Shown here piece by piece: positions 11,837-23,195 of a DNA stretch of 35,510 nt. Under the pieces are notes generated by a model. It was not told where the DNA came from. It saw only the letters and a program-made list of their open reading frames with translations, and searched no databases. Position 1 is the first letter of the stretch. Every line of letters begins with the position of its first letter. Source of the DNA: Octopus bimaculoides (lineage: Eukaryota); assembly GCF_001194135.2 (NCBI RefSeq), contig NC_068986.1:104209345-104244854 (forward strand). The letters run 5' to 3'. The position numbers and the translations under genes were made by a program.

Positions 11837-11993
11837 ATAAAAGGATTAAAATGATCTTATTTAAAACTTTCCATCAAAGTTTCATGTCACACTTGTTCTA
11901 AACACAAACTTAATAATGACAAAAGCTGTAAATGATCATCACTGTCAAACAAGCGAGGTCGTTCATTTCTAGTCTTCTGTAAAAAACAAAAAA

Positions 11994-12141
11994 GGTGTTT
12001 GACCATGGGGAAATATTACTTTGCTTGGAAATAGATAAGGTTTTGGTAATATCGGAAAGGCATCCGGTTGTGGAAAATCTGCTTCGACAAAATCCGTCTG
12101 ACCCATGCAAGCACAGAAAAGCGGACGTTAAAACGATGATG
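11994..12141 (+). mobile_element. Repeat family E (shares core and tail with family D)
   Basis: GACCATGGGGAAATATTAC..GGAAAGGCATCCGG..GACCCATGCAAGCACAGAAAAGCGGACGTTAAAACGATGATG. Confidence 0.7.
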
Positions 12142-12240
12142 AATGTAAGGAGCTGAAATGAATAATGAATAATGTGAGACACGACTGAATCTGTCAATCA
12201 AGTGCCTTTCGTTACTCTTTCCATTGTTTGTTTCATTTTG

Positions 12241-12272
<32 letters not shown>

Positions 12273-12842
12273 TACGCACACGTTTGTACGTGTGTCTGTA
12301 TGTGTCAGTGTTTTTCTTAGCGTTTGCACATGGTGCGTCTATGCGTGTTGTGTATAGGACGTTAAGCAGAGAGATGTATTTATTCCTGTGTGGTTTTTTC
12401 TTAGCGATACTCTGTTGGCATTCCTTTCAGAAATGATAACCAACATTTTTTTTTTTTAGGGACTAACCCCCAACCCCTTGCATCTTCTACAACAAACAAG
12501 GATGATATGATAAACAAAAGCAAATAAATGATAATAATAATAAAAATAAAATAAGGCAAACGGAAAGTGGAAGAGAAGGAATTGAATAATATGGAAATAT
12601 ATGAATGAAAGACAGAATAAATAAGCATATAGATAAAAGGTGGTGGGTGAAGAAAAAAAGTTGTTTTTGCCTCTAAATTAAAAGCAAGAACTCAGTGTAA
12701 CAATTCCCATATAAAAATCCAAACAAGTACAGCGATTGTCTTAGAATTTCTGAAGATTTAGAAGTTACAGGCCTGGCATTGATGATAAGAAATGTAGCCA
12801 GCGTGTTATGGTGGGAAGTGGGTGTGCTTGAGAGAGTGAAAA

Positions 12843-12945
12843 GATAGATGGATGGATGGATGGGAGGATGGGTGGTTGGATGGGAAGATGGACAGGCAGA
12901 TAGGTACATGGATAGATAGAGAGAGTTAGATAGAGAGGCAAGCAG

Positions 12946-13007
<62 letters not shown>

Positions 13008-13210
13008 ATAAGATATATACGATATATATATCTTATATATGTATATATANNNNNNNNNNNNNNNNNNNNNNNNNNNNNNNNNNNNNNNNNNNNNNNNNNN
13101 NNNNNNNNNNNNNNNNNCATATATATATATATATACACACACATATATATATATACATATATATATATACACATATATATATACACATATATGTATATAT
13201 ATATACCTAC

Positions 13211-13259
<49 letters not shown>

Positions 13260-13430
13260 TAAATAGACAGATAGATAAAGAGAGAGAGGAGGGAGAAAAT
13301 GATGGCATGACAGGAAGAAAGAAAATTAGATAGATACTTTCAGACAGACAGATAGATAGATAGAAAGATGGATATATAGATTGATAGAGAGAGACAGATA
13401 TATAAAGAGAGAGAGAGAGTAAAGAGAGTG
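12843..13430. repeat. Compound microsatellite (GATG, GATA, TA, TG, GA) around a gap
   Basis: Direct reading of consecutive simple repeats. Confidence 0.9.
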
Positions 13431-13829
13431 AAAGAGAGCTAGATGGAGAGAGAAGGGGAGAGAGGGGAGAAGAATGGGAAATACTGAGATACAATTAGGT
13501 ACAGTTTGATGTTTGTCACGTGAACCAATATTTGGTAGCAATGATAAGGAATTAAAGATAATGCTTCTTATTCTTCAGGGAACATGTATTATATAATAGT
13601 TTCCTGAGTAATGATGTTACTAGCTTTGAAATTTAAAATTTTTTCTTATTCTCAAAACTGGAATATTCTAAAGTCTTTTGTTTGACATCAATATCAGATC
13701 TGTAATTAAAGAAATCAATCAATATTTGATACATTTCAGCAATTTAAAACGCCAAAACAATTTGTTTATTCGTTTATGTCTGTTTGTTGGTTCATCTGTC
13801 AGTTTTGTCTTCCTTGTTAAAATATTCTA

Positions 13830-14100
13830 TTTTATTGGGTTATCAGATAAAATTCGCTCATCTTCCTGCATTTACCGTATTTTCTCGCAGACAGGTTGAT
13901 GCAGTATACGGTGTTAACATGTAGCATAAATATTTAAACATCGTCTCTATCTTTCCAAATCCTGCTGCATTTCACATGGAAGTTTTTGTCTGCCAAAAAT
14001 ATCTGGGTCTATAAGTCTACCAACCATTTTGGGCTCTGAAAATTTCGACTTGTATGTCGGCCGGAATATACAGCCTTTTAATCTTTTTCAATATTTCCCT
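13830..14100 (-). pseudogene. Possible decayed LINE reverse-transcriptase C-terminal fragment
   Basis: Minus-strand peptides EILKKIKRLYIPADIQVEIF, GFGKIETMFKYLCYML and YGKC occur in the order expected downstream of a non-LTR RT domain, but with stops, frameshifts and irregular spacing. Confidence 0.3.
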
Positions 14101-14196
14101 TTTTTTTGACATAAAAAAGCATTATTTTTATTGCAGTGCTTTATAGATTTTTTTGTAGCTCTATTCTTTGTCTAAAACTTATATTTATCACTTATT

Positions 14197-14551
14197 CTTT
14201 TATTCTTTTACTTATTTCAGTCATTTGACTGCAGCCATGCTGGAGCACCACCTTTAGTCGAGCAAATCGACCCCAGAGCTTACACTCTGTAAGCCTAGTA
14301 CTTATTCTATTGGTCTCTTTTGCTGTACTGCTAAGTTACAGGGACATAAACACACCAGCATCGGTTGTCAAGCAATGCTAGGGGGACAAACACAGACACA
14401 CAAACATATTCACACACACACACACACATATATATGACAGGCTTCTTTGAGTTTCCCTCTACCAAATCCACTCACAAGGCTTTGGTCGGCCCAAGGCTAT
14501 AGTAGAAGACACTTGCCCAAGGTGCCACAAAGTGGAACTGAGCCTGGAACC
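14197..14551 (-). mobile_element. SINE family A, lacking the first ~45 nt of its head
   Basis: Matches 10411-10770. Homology stops at GGAACCA (14551), where family C begins. Confidence 0.85.
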
Positions 14552-14552
14552 A

Positions 14553-14840
14553 ATAATTCACCTTTGGAAACATGGGCGTTTTGCTCAACATCCTTAAACA
14601 AACCTTATTCAGGGACCTTTTGAGCGGGATTGGTTACTCGACCTGAAGAAAATTCTAACTGGGCCCCACATGTGAGGTCATGCGCTGTTTATCTTGATAT
14701 GAAATCACCATGCTGCGCACATATGATTGTGATGCATGTGCCTGGTGTACCCTTATCAGATGGGTAGTCCTGATGGGTATAATGGGCTTCGTATATTTTA
14801 CCCCAGTGTTACCTTGATGGCATGCACTGCTCTCCCACTC

Positions 14841-14841
<1 letters not shown>
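14553..14841 (+). mobile_element. Repeat family C (probable non-LTR 3' UTR), ends in (TAA)n
   Basis: Homologous to 19787-20117 and 21103-21278. 3' end GGCATGCACTGCTCTCCCACTCA(TAA)n. Confidence 0.75.
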
Positions 14842-14887
<46 letters not shown>

Positions 14888-14891
<4 letters not shown>

Positions 14892-15307
14892 GATGGTATA
14901 AACACACGCCAGAAAAGGTCACAGAAAACGAGAAAGCAACCATACTCTGGGATATGCCAATACACACAGATAGAGAAATTAAGGCAAATAGACCAGATAT
15001 AGTTGTCAAAGATCATGAAGAAAAAAAATGCTTTCTAATTGATGTATCAATACCAGCAGATGACAACGTTTCTCTAAAAGAAATGGAAAAACTTTCAAAA
15101 TACAAAGACCTGGAAATAGAGATAACTCGAATGTGGAATCTAAAAACAGAAACAATTCCTATCATAGTAGGTGCCTTAGGTATAATAAAAAAATATTCAG
15201 ACAAATACATAACAAAAATAGCAGGACTTACAAATATATATAACATACAGAAAATTGCACTACTGGGTACTGCACACATTCTACGCAAAATACTTTCAAT
15301 ACAGTAA
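14888..15307 (+). CDS. C-terminal restriction-like endonuclease (PD-D/ExK) fragment of the retrotransposon ORF; not an independent gene
   Basis: KRWYKHTPEKVTENEKATILWDMPIHTDREIKANRPDIVV..LIDVSIP..KEMEKLSKYKDL..IPIIVGALG..IQKIALLGTAHILRKIL. The RPD...D...K..KY and GALG motifs are typical of R2/R4/NeSL-type RLE domains. No internal stop. Confidence 0.85.
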
Positions 15308-15424
15308 ACATAAGAACACCACAGTAAACATAAGAGCACCACAGCAAACCACAGCACATACCCAAGGCGCACAGAGCTGCGCTCGGTAGTGAAGTGAAAG
15401 CACGTTATAAAAATAAAACTACTG

Positions 15425-15426
<2 letters not shown>
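14888..15426 (+). mobile_element. 5'-truncated R4/Dong-like RLE non-LTR retrotransposon, copy 1
   Basis: Open frame 14888-15307 followed by a ~120-nt 3' UTR ending AAATAAAACTACTGAA. Flanked on both sides by (TAA)n (14842-14887 and 15427-15473). Confidence 0.88.
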
Positions 15427-15471
<45 letters not shown>

Positions 15472-16019
15472 TAAAATGAAGAAACAGGGAAACATGGAGA
15501 ATCTTTACAAAGAGTTATTATAACCTTAACCTTGCATCATTTTTATCAAGCACCCATAGGAAATGGCTAAGGGAACAATTTGTATTTCTTTTCTCTCACT
15601 GTGTTAATATGCATTAGGAAGTATTTAACGAGATGCTTCAACTATAATCTTTAGAACATTATTATACCGTATTATACGATATTTCTTTTATATGTGATGC
15701 TGAAATGCAATACTGATGTAATACAGTTTAATGTTATCATAAAACTTATCTTGACATTTTAGGGAAAAAAATCCTTTTTTTTTTTTTTAATCATGAATTT
15801 AGCTATATTGACTTTGTGTCTATAAAAAAAAAATCTATATTTGCAAAATTTATATTCATGTTATGTTATGATTTGAATCAATCAATCAATCACTGAATAA
15901 CGTAAAAAAAAAAAAAAAAATCTTAATCCTAGATACACACATTATCCCAGACAGGATTGAAACTAGCAATCATTATTAATGCTAAAATTAAAGGAAATTT
16001 TCATGAACATATTGGAATC

Positions 16020-16212
16020 CTCCTACTTCCTTTTCTTCTTTGTCCATCCTCCTCTTCCTCCACTGTACAACTCCCATTCTTCTTCAAATTCTTCTCCAAA
16101 TTCTTCATCCTCCACTTCCTCTACCTCTTTTTCCTCCTCCTCATCATCGCCATTGTCATCATAACCATCATCATCAGCAGCAGCAGCACCACCACCACCA
16201 CCACCACCACCA
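16020..16212 (+). repeat. Compound low-complexity TCC/TCA/CAG/CAC repeat
   Basis: Direct reading. Confidence 0.85.
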
Positions 16213-16215
16213 GTG

Positions 16216-16410
16216 ACATGTAAAAAGCACCCACTACAGTCTCGGAGTGGTTGGCGTCAGGAAGGGCATCCAGCTGTAGAAACCTTGCCAGATCAGATTG
16301 GGGCCTGGTACAGCCTCCTGGCTTCCCAGACCCCAGTTGAACTGTCCAACCCATGCCAGCATGGAAAACGGACGTTAAACAACGACAACGGTGATGATGA
16401 TGATGATGAT
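16216..16410 (+). mobile_element. Repeat family D, well-preserved copy with (GAT)n tail
   Basis: TAAAAAGCACCCACTAC..GAGTGGTTGGCGTCAGGAAGGGCATCCAGCTGTAGAAACC..AACCCATGCCAGCATGGAAAACGGACGTTAAAC. Confidence 0.8.
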
Positions 16411-16470
16411 GATACACTGTGTTTTAAGTTCAAACCGGTCAGATCTATCTTCTCAAAACTACTCTACAAT

Positions 16471-16528
16471 GGTGGAATTTGAACTCAGAATGTAAAGATG
16501 GGTGTGGCAATGGTTCTGCCTGTGCACC
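16471..16528 (-). mobile_element. SINE family F head fragment
   Basis: GGTGGAATTTGAACTCAGAATGTAAAGATGG matches the F copies. Confidence 0.5.
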
Positions 16529-16730
16529 AGACTTTGTATATCCAAGATAGTAGAGTCCAAAATGTATTAGTTCTTTACAAAGGTGGGATAGTCATGGTAG
16601 GAAAACATTTGTGTGAAATGGAAATAATTCCTTTATAGAATTATTCTTGGAAACCAAACAAAGCTTTTTTCAAGACAAAATCATTTAAGAATAACATCTT
16701 TTAATGACTGGAGCTGTTATAGGTTCAAAG

Positions 16731-16855
16731 GCCAAGGATGGGGAAATATTACCTTATTTGGAAACAGAAGATAAATCGGCAACTGGTTATAAATATCTAT
16801 TCCAGCTGATTCTGTCCAACCCATTCAAGCATGGAAAAGTGGATTTTAAAATGAC
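16731..16855 (+). mobile_element. Repeat family E, diverged
   Basis: GGGGAAATATTACCTTATTTGGAAACAG..CCAACCCATTCAAGCATGGAAAAGTGGATTTTAAA. Confidence 0.6.
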
Positions 16856-16861
16856 CATAAA

Positions 16862-16892
<31 letters not shown>

Positions 16893-16905
16893 ACAAACAT
16901 ATATA

Positions 16906-17205
16906 TCTTTTACTTGTTTCAGGCATTCAACTGCGGCCATGCTGGGGCACCACCTTGAAGAAATTTTCATCAGATTAATTGACCTCCAGGATATATATAT
17001 ATATATTTTTTTTTTTTAAAGCCCAGGACTTATCCTGTTAGTCTCTCTTGCTGAACTGCAAAGTTATGGGGATGAAACCACAACATCACCAGTTGTTGTG
17101 AGATGGTGGTGGTGGTGGTGGGGCAAATGCAGACACACAGACATACACACATGCAGTCGGACTGAATCCAGAACCATGACATTGGGAAGCAACATTCTTT
17201 CCACA
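16906..17205 (-). mobile_element. SINE family A, diverged and internally deleted
   Basis: 3' end TTTTACTTGTTTCAG..ACTGCGGCCATGCTGGGGCACC, and head remnant GGACTGAATCCAGAACCATG. Confidence 0.65.
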
Positions 17206-17214
17206 CGTAATGCT

Positions 17215-17247
<33 letters not shown>

Positions 17248-17306
17248 TTCGTATGTGTATTTCGTGTGCAAGATTCTTGATGTGGATACGTGTGTTGAAA
17301 GAAATA

Positions 17307-17815
17307 CAATTAAACCTTGGGAGAGGCATTATGCCGGTAATAAACACACGCACTGGTCCAGTCCTTTATTAATTTATATAGTTTTTTGTTAAATTATTTC
17401 ATTGCACTCTTGCAATCTCTTCAGTAACTTGTCTCTCCACTTCCATTTATTTTGAATATATGATCTGGCGTTGTTTTGGCGTTGTTTCGAAACTGTTTGG
17501 TATGAGCATGTGAGTGTGTGCAAGCTCGTATGTGTGCACGCTCATATGTGTGCACGCACTTATGTGTTCGTGCTTATATGTAAGTATGTGCGTCTATATG
17601 TGTCTTTGTAACAATTTCGTTTATATCAACGCCAAAACAACGCCAAAACAACACCAGATCATACATTCAGAATAAATGGAAGTGGAGAGACAAGTTACTG
17701 AAGAGATTGCAAGAGTGCAATGAAATAATTTAACAAAAAACTATATAAATTAATAAAGGACTGAACCAGTGCGTGTGTTTATTACCGGCATAATGCCTCT
17801 CCCAAGGTTTAATTG
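17307..17815. mobile_element. MITE / non-autonomous Tc1-mariner (pogo/Tigger-like) element, 509 bp, 181-bp TIRs
   Basis: 17307-17487 and 17635-17815 are reverse complements with 4 mismatches. Termini CAATTAAACCTT..AAGGTTTAATTG, flanked by TA (17305-17306 and 17816-17817). Confidence 0.9.
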
Positions 17816-17836
17816 TATATGTATATATATATATAT

Positions 17837-18239
17837 ACTCTCTTTTATTTGTTTCAGTCATTTGACTGTGGCCATACTGGAACACCAACTTTAGTTGAGC
17901 AAATCGACCACAGGACTTATTCTTTGTATGCTTAGTACTTATTTTATCAGTCACTTTTGCCGAACCGCTAAGTTACGGGGACGTAAAGGCACCAACATCG
18001 GTTGTCAAGAGATGTTGGAGGGACAAAAACAGACTCACACACACACACACATACATATATATGTATACATATATACGAAGGGCTTCTTTCAGTTTCCATC
18101 TACCAAATCCACTCATAAGGCTTTGGTCGGCCCGAGGCTATAATAGAAGACACTTGTCCAAGGTGCCACACAGTGGGACTGAACCCGGAACCATGTGGTT
18201 GGTAAGCAAGCTACTTACCACACAGCGACGCCTGCACCT
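17837..18239 (-). mobile_element. SINE family A, full-length
   Basis: Best-preserved copy. Minus-strand head AGGTGCAGGCGTCGCTGTGTGGTAAGTAG..CCGGGTTCAGTCCCACTGTGTGGCACC. Confidence 0.88.
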
Positions 18240-18283
18240 ATATAATATATATATATTCTCCTATACATATATATATATATATA

Positions 18284-18322
<39 letters not shown>

Positions 18323-18615
18323 CATGCACATGCATTTTCACATATATATTTACACACATTACTACATAAACGTGTATTTCATCAATTTTTTTTCTGTATG
18401 ATTGTTAATATATGTTTGTCCAATGAGAAATAAATGTTATCAAATATGCAAGGAAAATTACAACTTATGGAAATTTTATATTCAGAAAGTTTTCATTAAA
18501 GTATAGATGATAGCGTATGAGTCTACATGTGTGTTTTCAATTATGCATGCATGTATAAATGAATGTGCATATACATATTATATATATATATGTATATATA
18601 TTGTGCATACATACG

Positions 18616-18656
<41 letters not shown>

Positions 18657-18957
18657 CCACATATAAGTGTGTGTGTATGTAAGTATATAATCCTCACTTA
18701 TGCAGAAAAACAGATGTAAGATACAGCTTTCATGGGAATACAATTGGAAAATAAATCAAGGTATATACATTAAAATAAATGTACATATTTTATATATTCT
18801 ATTTACACACACACACAAATATACTGTATATATGTGCATATGTAAATATCTATGTATGTATATATGATATATGTATGATATATATGTGTATATAATATAT
18901 ATGCATATATACACAGTCAGAGACATACACGTACACATATATATATACACATATATA

Positions 18958-18993
<36 letters not shown>

Positions 18994-19786
18994 NNNNNNN
19001 NNNNNNNNNNNNNNNNNNNNNNNNNNNNNNNNNNNNNNNNNNNNNNNNNNNNNNNNNNNNNNNNNNNNNNNNNNNNNNNNNNNNNNNNNNNNNNNNNNNN
19101 NNNNNNNNNNNNNNNNNNNNNNNNNNNNNNNNNNNNNNNNNNNNNNNNNNNNNNNNNNNNNNNNNNNNNNNNNNNNNNNNNNNNNNNNNNNNNNNNNNNN
19201 NNNNNNNNNNNNNNNNNNNNNNNNNNNNNNNNNNNNNNNNNNNNNNNNNNNNNNNNNNNNNNNNNNNNNNNNNNNNNNNNNNNNNNNNNNNNNNNNNNNN
19301 NNNNNNNNNNNNNNNNNNNNNNNNNNNNNNNNNNNNNNNNNGAAAGAAAAAAAATACCATAAAATTTTTAAAAAAAGATATGAAATTTATTATTTCATCA
19401 CGATAATATACATATAACTAGAAATATTAATAAGTCTGTGTAGAATATCGAAACAATAAAATTCTAATTTGAAAAATTGTAAAATAAGACAAAAAAAAAA
19501 GAAAATTAAGGAGAATATCATTATATTATATTTATTGATATGTGATTAATGCAGTTCTCTGTACCATATATTAGAAATCTGATTAGAAGGAGGACGGTGA
19601 TGACGATGATGACGATGATGATGATGACAGTAATGATTTCTGTTATTGGCCACAAGGGCCCAGGACATTGAGGACTACATCACAAGACAAAATACAGCAC
19701 TTAAGACAGTAGGGCTTAGATCGATCAAAAGAGGTATCTGCTACAATAGGAGTATAATAATGATGATGATGATGATAATAATAATA

Positions 19787-20116
19787 GGGAGCATCATAGC
19801 CATGTGTTGAGAGAAATTATTTGGGGTTCAAATATTCTACCCTTGGAAACATGAGTGCTTTGTTCAACATCCTTAAACAACCCTTATTCAGGGACCTTTT
19901 GAGCAAGATAGGCTACTCAACCTGAAGAAAATTCTAACTAGGCCCCACATGCGATATCATGTGTTGTTTATCTTGATATGAAATCATGTCGTACACATAC
20001 GGTTGTGATGCATATGCCTGGTGTACCCTTATCAGACAGGTAGTCATGATGGGTATAATGAGCTTCGCATATTTTACCCCAGTGTCACTTTGATGGCATG
20101 CACTACTCTCTCATTC

Positions 20117-20117
<1 letters not shown>
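19787..20117 (+). mobile_element. Repeat family C, longest copy, (TAA)n on both sides
   Basis: Aligns with 14553-14841. Preceded by GATAATAATAATA and followed by (TAA)n to 20171. Confidence 0.75.
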
Positions 20118-20166
<49 letters not shown>

Positions 20167-20172
20167 TAATAA

Positions 20173-20367
20173 ACCTTTCTGTTATAGGCACAAGGCCTGA
20201 AATTTTGTGGGAGGTGGGTTGTCAGTTACACTGCCCCACCCACCCAGTGCGAAACTATTACTTGTTTCATCAAACCTGAAATGATCAAAGGCAAAGTTGA
20301 CCTTGGCGGAATTTGAACCGTGAATGCAAAGATGGACAAAATGCCGCCAAGCATTTCGCCCGGCATG
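20173..20367 (-). mobile_element. SINE family F
   Basis: TATAGGCACAAGGCCTGAAATTTT..AAAGGCAAAGTTGACCTTGGCGGAATTTGAAC..GCATTTCGCCCGGCATG. Confidence 0.75.
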
Positions 20368-20542
20368 TTTTATTGCGGACAGTGGTGTTTTTGAGGTTGA
20401 TGCTTGAGTGTTGGGTCTTGTGGAAAGAAAACCTGTGAGACCGTTGACAACAGGATGTCATCGTCTTTTACAGATTTAACCACAGCAAGTTTAAACTGAG
20501 AGCTCTGAGAAATGAGATTGAAACAATAACAAAAATAATAAT

Positions 20543-20752
20543 CCATTCTGCTAAACGTACAAGGCCTGGAATTTTGGAGGAGGGGTAAAGTTGATTACAT
20601 AGACTCCGATGATTCACTGGTACTTGATTTATTGAGCTCAAAAGGATGAAAGGCAAAGTCAACCTCGGTGGAATTTGAACTCAGGTCGTGCAGATGGAAG
20701 AAATGCCACTTAGCATTTTTCTTAACATGCTAACGTTGTTGCCAGCTCACCA
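20543..20752 (-). mobile_element. SINE family F, near full-length
   Basis: B-box GAGTTCAAATTCC on the minus strand. Head ends GCCAGCTCACCAC on the plus strand. Confidence 0.75.
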
Positions 20753-20765
20753 CTTTGATAATAAA

Positions 20766-20840
<75 letters not shown>

Positions 20841-20845
<5 letters not shown>

Positions 20846-21054
20846 TTCAGACAAATACATAACAAAAACACCAGGACTTACAAATATATATAACATACAG
20901 AAAATTGCACTACTGGGCACTACACACATCCTACGCAAAAAAACTTTCAATACAGTAACCATAAGAGCATCACAGCAAACCACAGCACATACCCAAGGCA
21001 CACAGAGCTGTGCTCGGTAGTGAAGTGAAAGCACGTTATAAAAATAAAACTACA

Positions 21055-21057
<3 letters not shown>
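20841..21057 (+). mobile_element. R4/Dong-like RLE element, copy 2 (short 3' fragment)
   Basis: KYSDKYITKTPGLTNIYNIQKIALLGTTHILRK plus the same 3' UTR. (TAA)n at 20758-20842 and 21058-21101. Confidence 0.88.
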
Positions 21058-21092
<35 letters not shown>

Positions 21093-21102
21093 GTAATAAT
21101 AA

Positions 21103-21278
21103 TCCTTTTGGAGTTTGGATAATTCACCTTTGGAAACATGGGCTTTTTGTTCAACATCCTCAAACAATCCTTATTCAGGGAGCGTTTGAGTGGGATGGGC
21201 TATTCAACATGAAGAAAATTCTAACTGAGCTCCATCTGCAAGGTCATGTGCTGTTTATCTTGATATGAGATCACCATG
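21103..21278 (+). mobile_element. Repeat family C, partial (runs into microsatellite and gap)
   Basis: ATAATTCACCTTTGGAAACATGGG..GAAGAAAATTCTAACTG..TTTATCTTGATATGAGATCACCATG matches 14553-14712. Confidence 0.75.
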
Positions 21279-21303
21279 TATGTATGTATGTATGTATATA
21301 TAT

Positions 21304-21356
<53 letters not shown>

Positions 21357-21654
21357 NNNNNNNNNNNNNNNNNNNNNNNNNNNNNNNNNNNNNNNNNNNN
21401 NNNNNNNNNNNNNNNNNNNNNNNNNNNNNNNNNNNNNNNNNNNNNNNNNNNNNNNNNNNNNNNNNNNNNNNNNNNNNNNNNNNNNNNNNNNNNNNNNNNN
21501 NNNNNNNNNNNNNNNNNNNNNNNNNNNNNNNNNNNNNNNNNNNNNNNNNNNNNNNNNNNNNNNNNNNNNNNNNNNNNNNNNNNNNNNNNNNNNNNNNNNN
21601 NNNNATATATACAACCTTCTGTTATAGAATCAGTGTTGTTCATTTCCAGATTTT

Positions 21655-21812
21655 GGCAAAGACATGTCTGACCATGGTGTAATACTATCCTTCGTGGAAA
21701 CAGGTGAGGGTTGGTGACAGGAAGGGCACACAACTGTAGAAAATAGCATCCTTCAATAACATCCATCAGACCCATGGAAAAGCAGGGGAAAGTGAATGTT
21801 AAAACAATGATG
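21655..21812 (+). mobile_element. Repeat family E, followed by GAT/GGT microsatellite (21826-21985)
   Basis: GACCATGG..GGAAACAGGTGAGGGTTGGTGACAGGAAGGGCAC..GACCCATGGAAAAGCAGGGGAAAGTGAATGTTAAAAC. Confidence 0.65.
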
Positions 21813-22047
21813 GTGATAAAACGATGATCACAATGATGATGAGGATGATGATGATGATGGTGAGGACGATGATGGTGGTGATGATGGTGAAGATGACAAT
21901 GATGATGATGATTATGACGATGATCAGGATGATGATGATGATGGTGGTGGTGGTGGTGATGATAATGGTCATGGTGATGAAGATGATAGGATACAGCATA
22001 ATTGATTTGTGTATACATACATACATACATACATATATATGTGTGTG

Positions 22048-22097
<50 letters not shown>

Positions 22098-22856
22098 AAG
22101 ACACACACACAGATATACACACACGCACATAGGAAAAAAATGACATCACATCAAGAGAACACACAAAAGACAGAAAGGAAAACAACAAACAAAACAAAAA
22201 AAAAACGAAAGGAAAACAACAACAGCCAAACAAAAACAACTTATTATTTAAAACAAAACAAAACAAAACAAAAACAAATATATAATTCATTTTAAAATTT
22301 AGCAAACAATTGCAGTTTATTCTCAAAGGGTAGTTTTTGGTTTGTACAGAAGTGAACATTCCTTGTATTCACAGAGTGTGTTTAAAAAGGAAAAACAAAA
22401 CAGCAAACTGCAGAAAATGTTATTAAACAGCCCTGTGCCTTCATTGTAATATCATTGAAAAACTTGTATATTGGTTTGGTTTTGTTTGTATTTGTGTATG
22501 TGTTTTTTATTGTTATTTGTTGCTGTTTTATTTTATTTTCTTTTTTTTTTTTTTCTTTTCCAGTTTCTGCAAATTAATTAAGAAAACTTACTTTGGATAA
22601 TCAATTTGTTTGGAGTAATTTATGCAAATTATTGCTACAGTGTCATCCATTATCTTCAACCCATATCTGAAGCTCATCACACACAATTATGATGAGTTTG
22701 AAGATAAAACACAGAACACAACTTGAATAAGAGTAATTAAAAACATGTTTGCTGGAAATCAATGCTTTTATAGCTTGAAGACTAATCAGCTGTAATGAAG
22801 ATTGGTGTATAGAGAAAATACAAAAGATTTTTAACACATGTAGGAAATTTGGCAAA

Positions 22857-22874
22857 ATAATAATAATAATAATC

Positions 22875-22908
<34 letters not shown>

Positions 22909-23050
22909 TAATAATGATGATAGTAATAATAATGATAATGATAATAATAATAATCATAATAATAACAGTAGTAGTGGTGGTGGTGGTGGTAGTAGTAGTA
23001 GCAGCAGCAGCAGCACTGGTGGTGGTAGTTGTAGTAGTAGTAGTAACAAA
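22857..23050 (+). repeat. (TAA)n then TAG/TGG/CAG compound microsatellite
   Basis: Direct reading. Confidence 0.9.
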
Positions 23051-23195
23051 ATAATAATGGTAATTATCTGAGAATATTTGTATCTTTTAAAAATCTTTCC
23101 AAATCACAAATATTACAAGAAACATTTTAATGGAATCTTAATTCTCAGTATCGGAATCTTAACTCTCCTTTCCTAGAAATCATTGTTACTCACTG

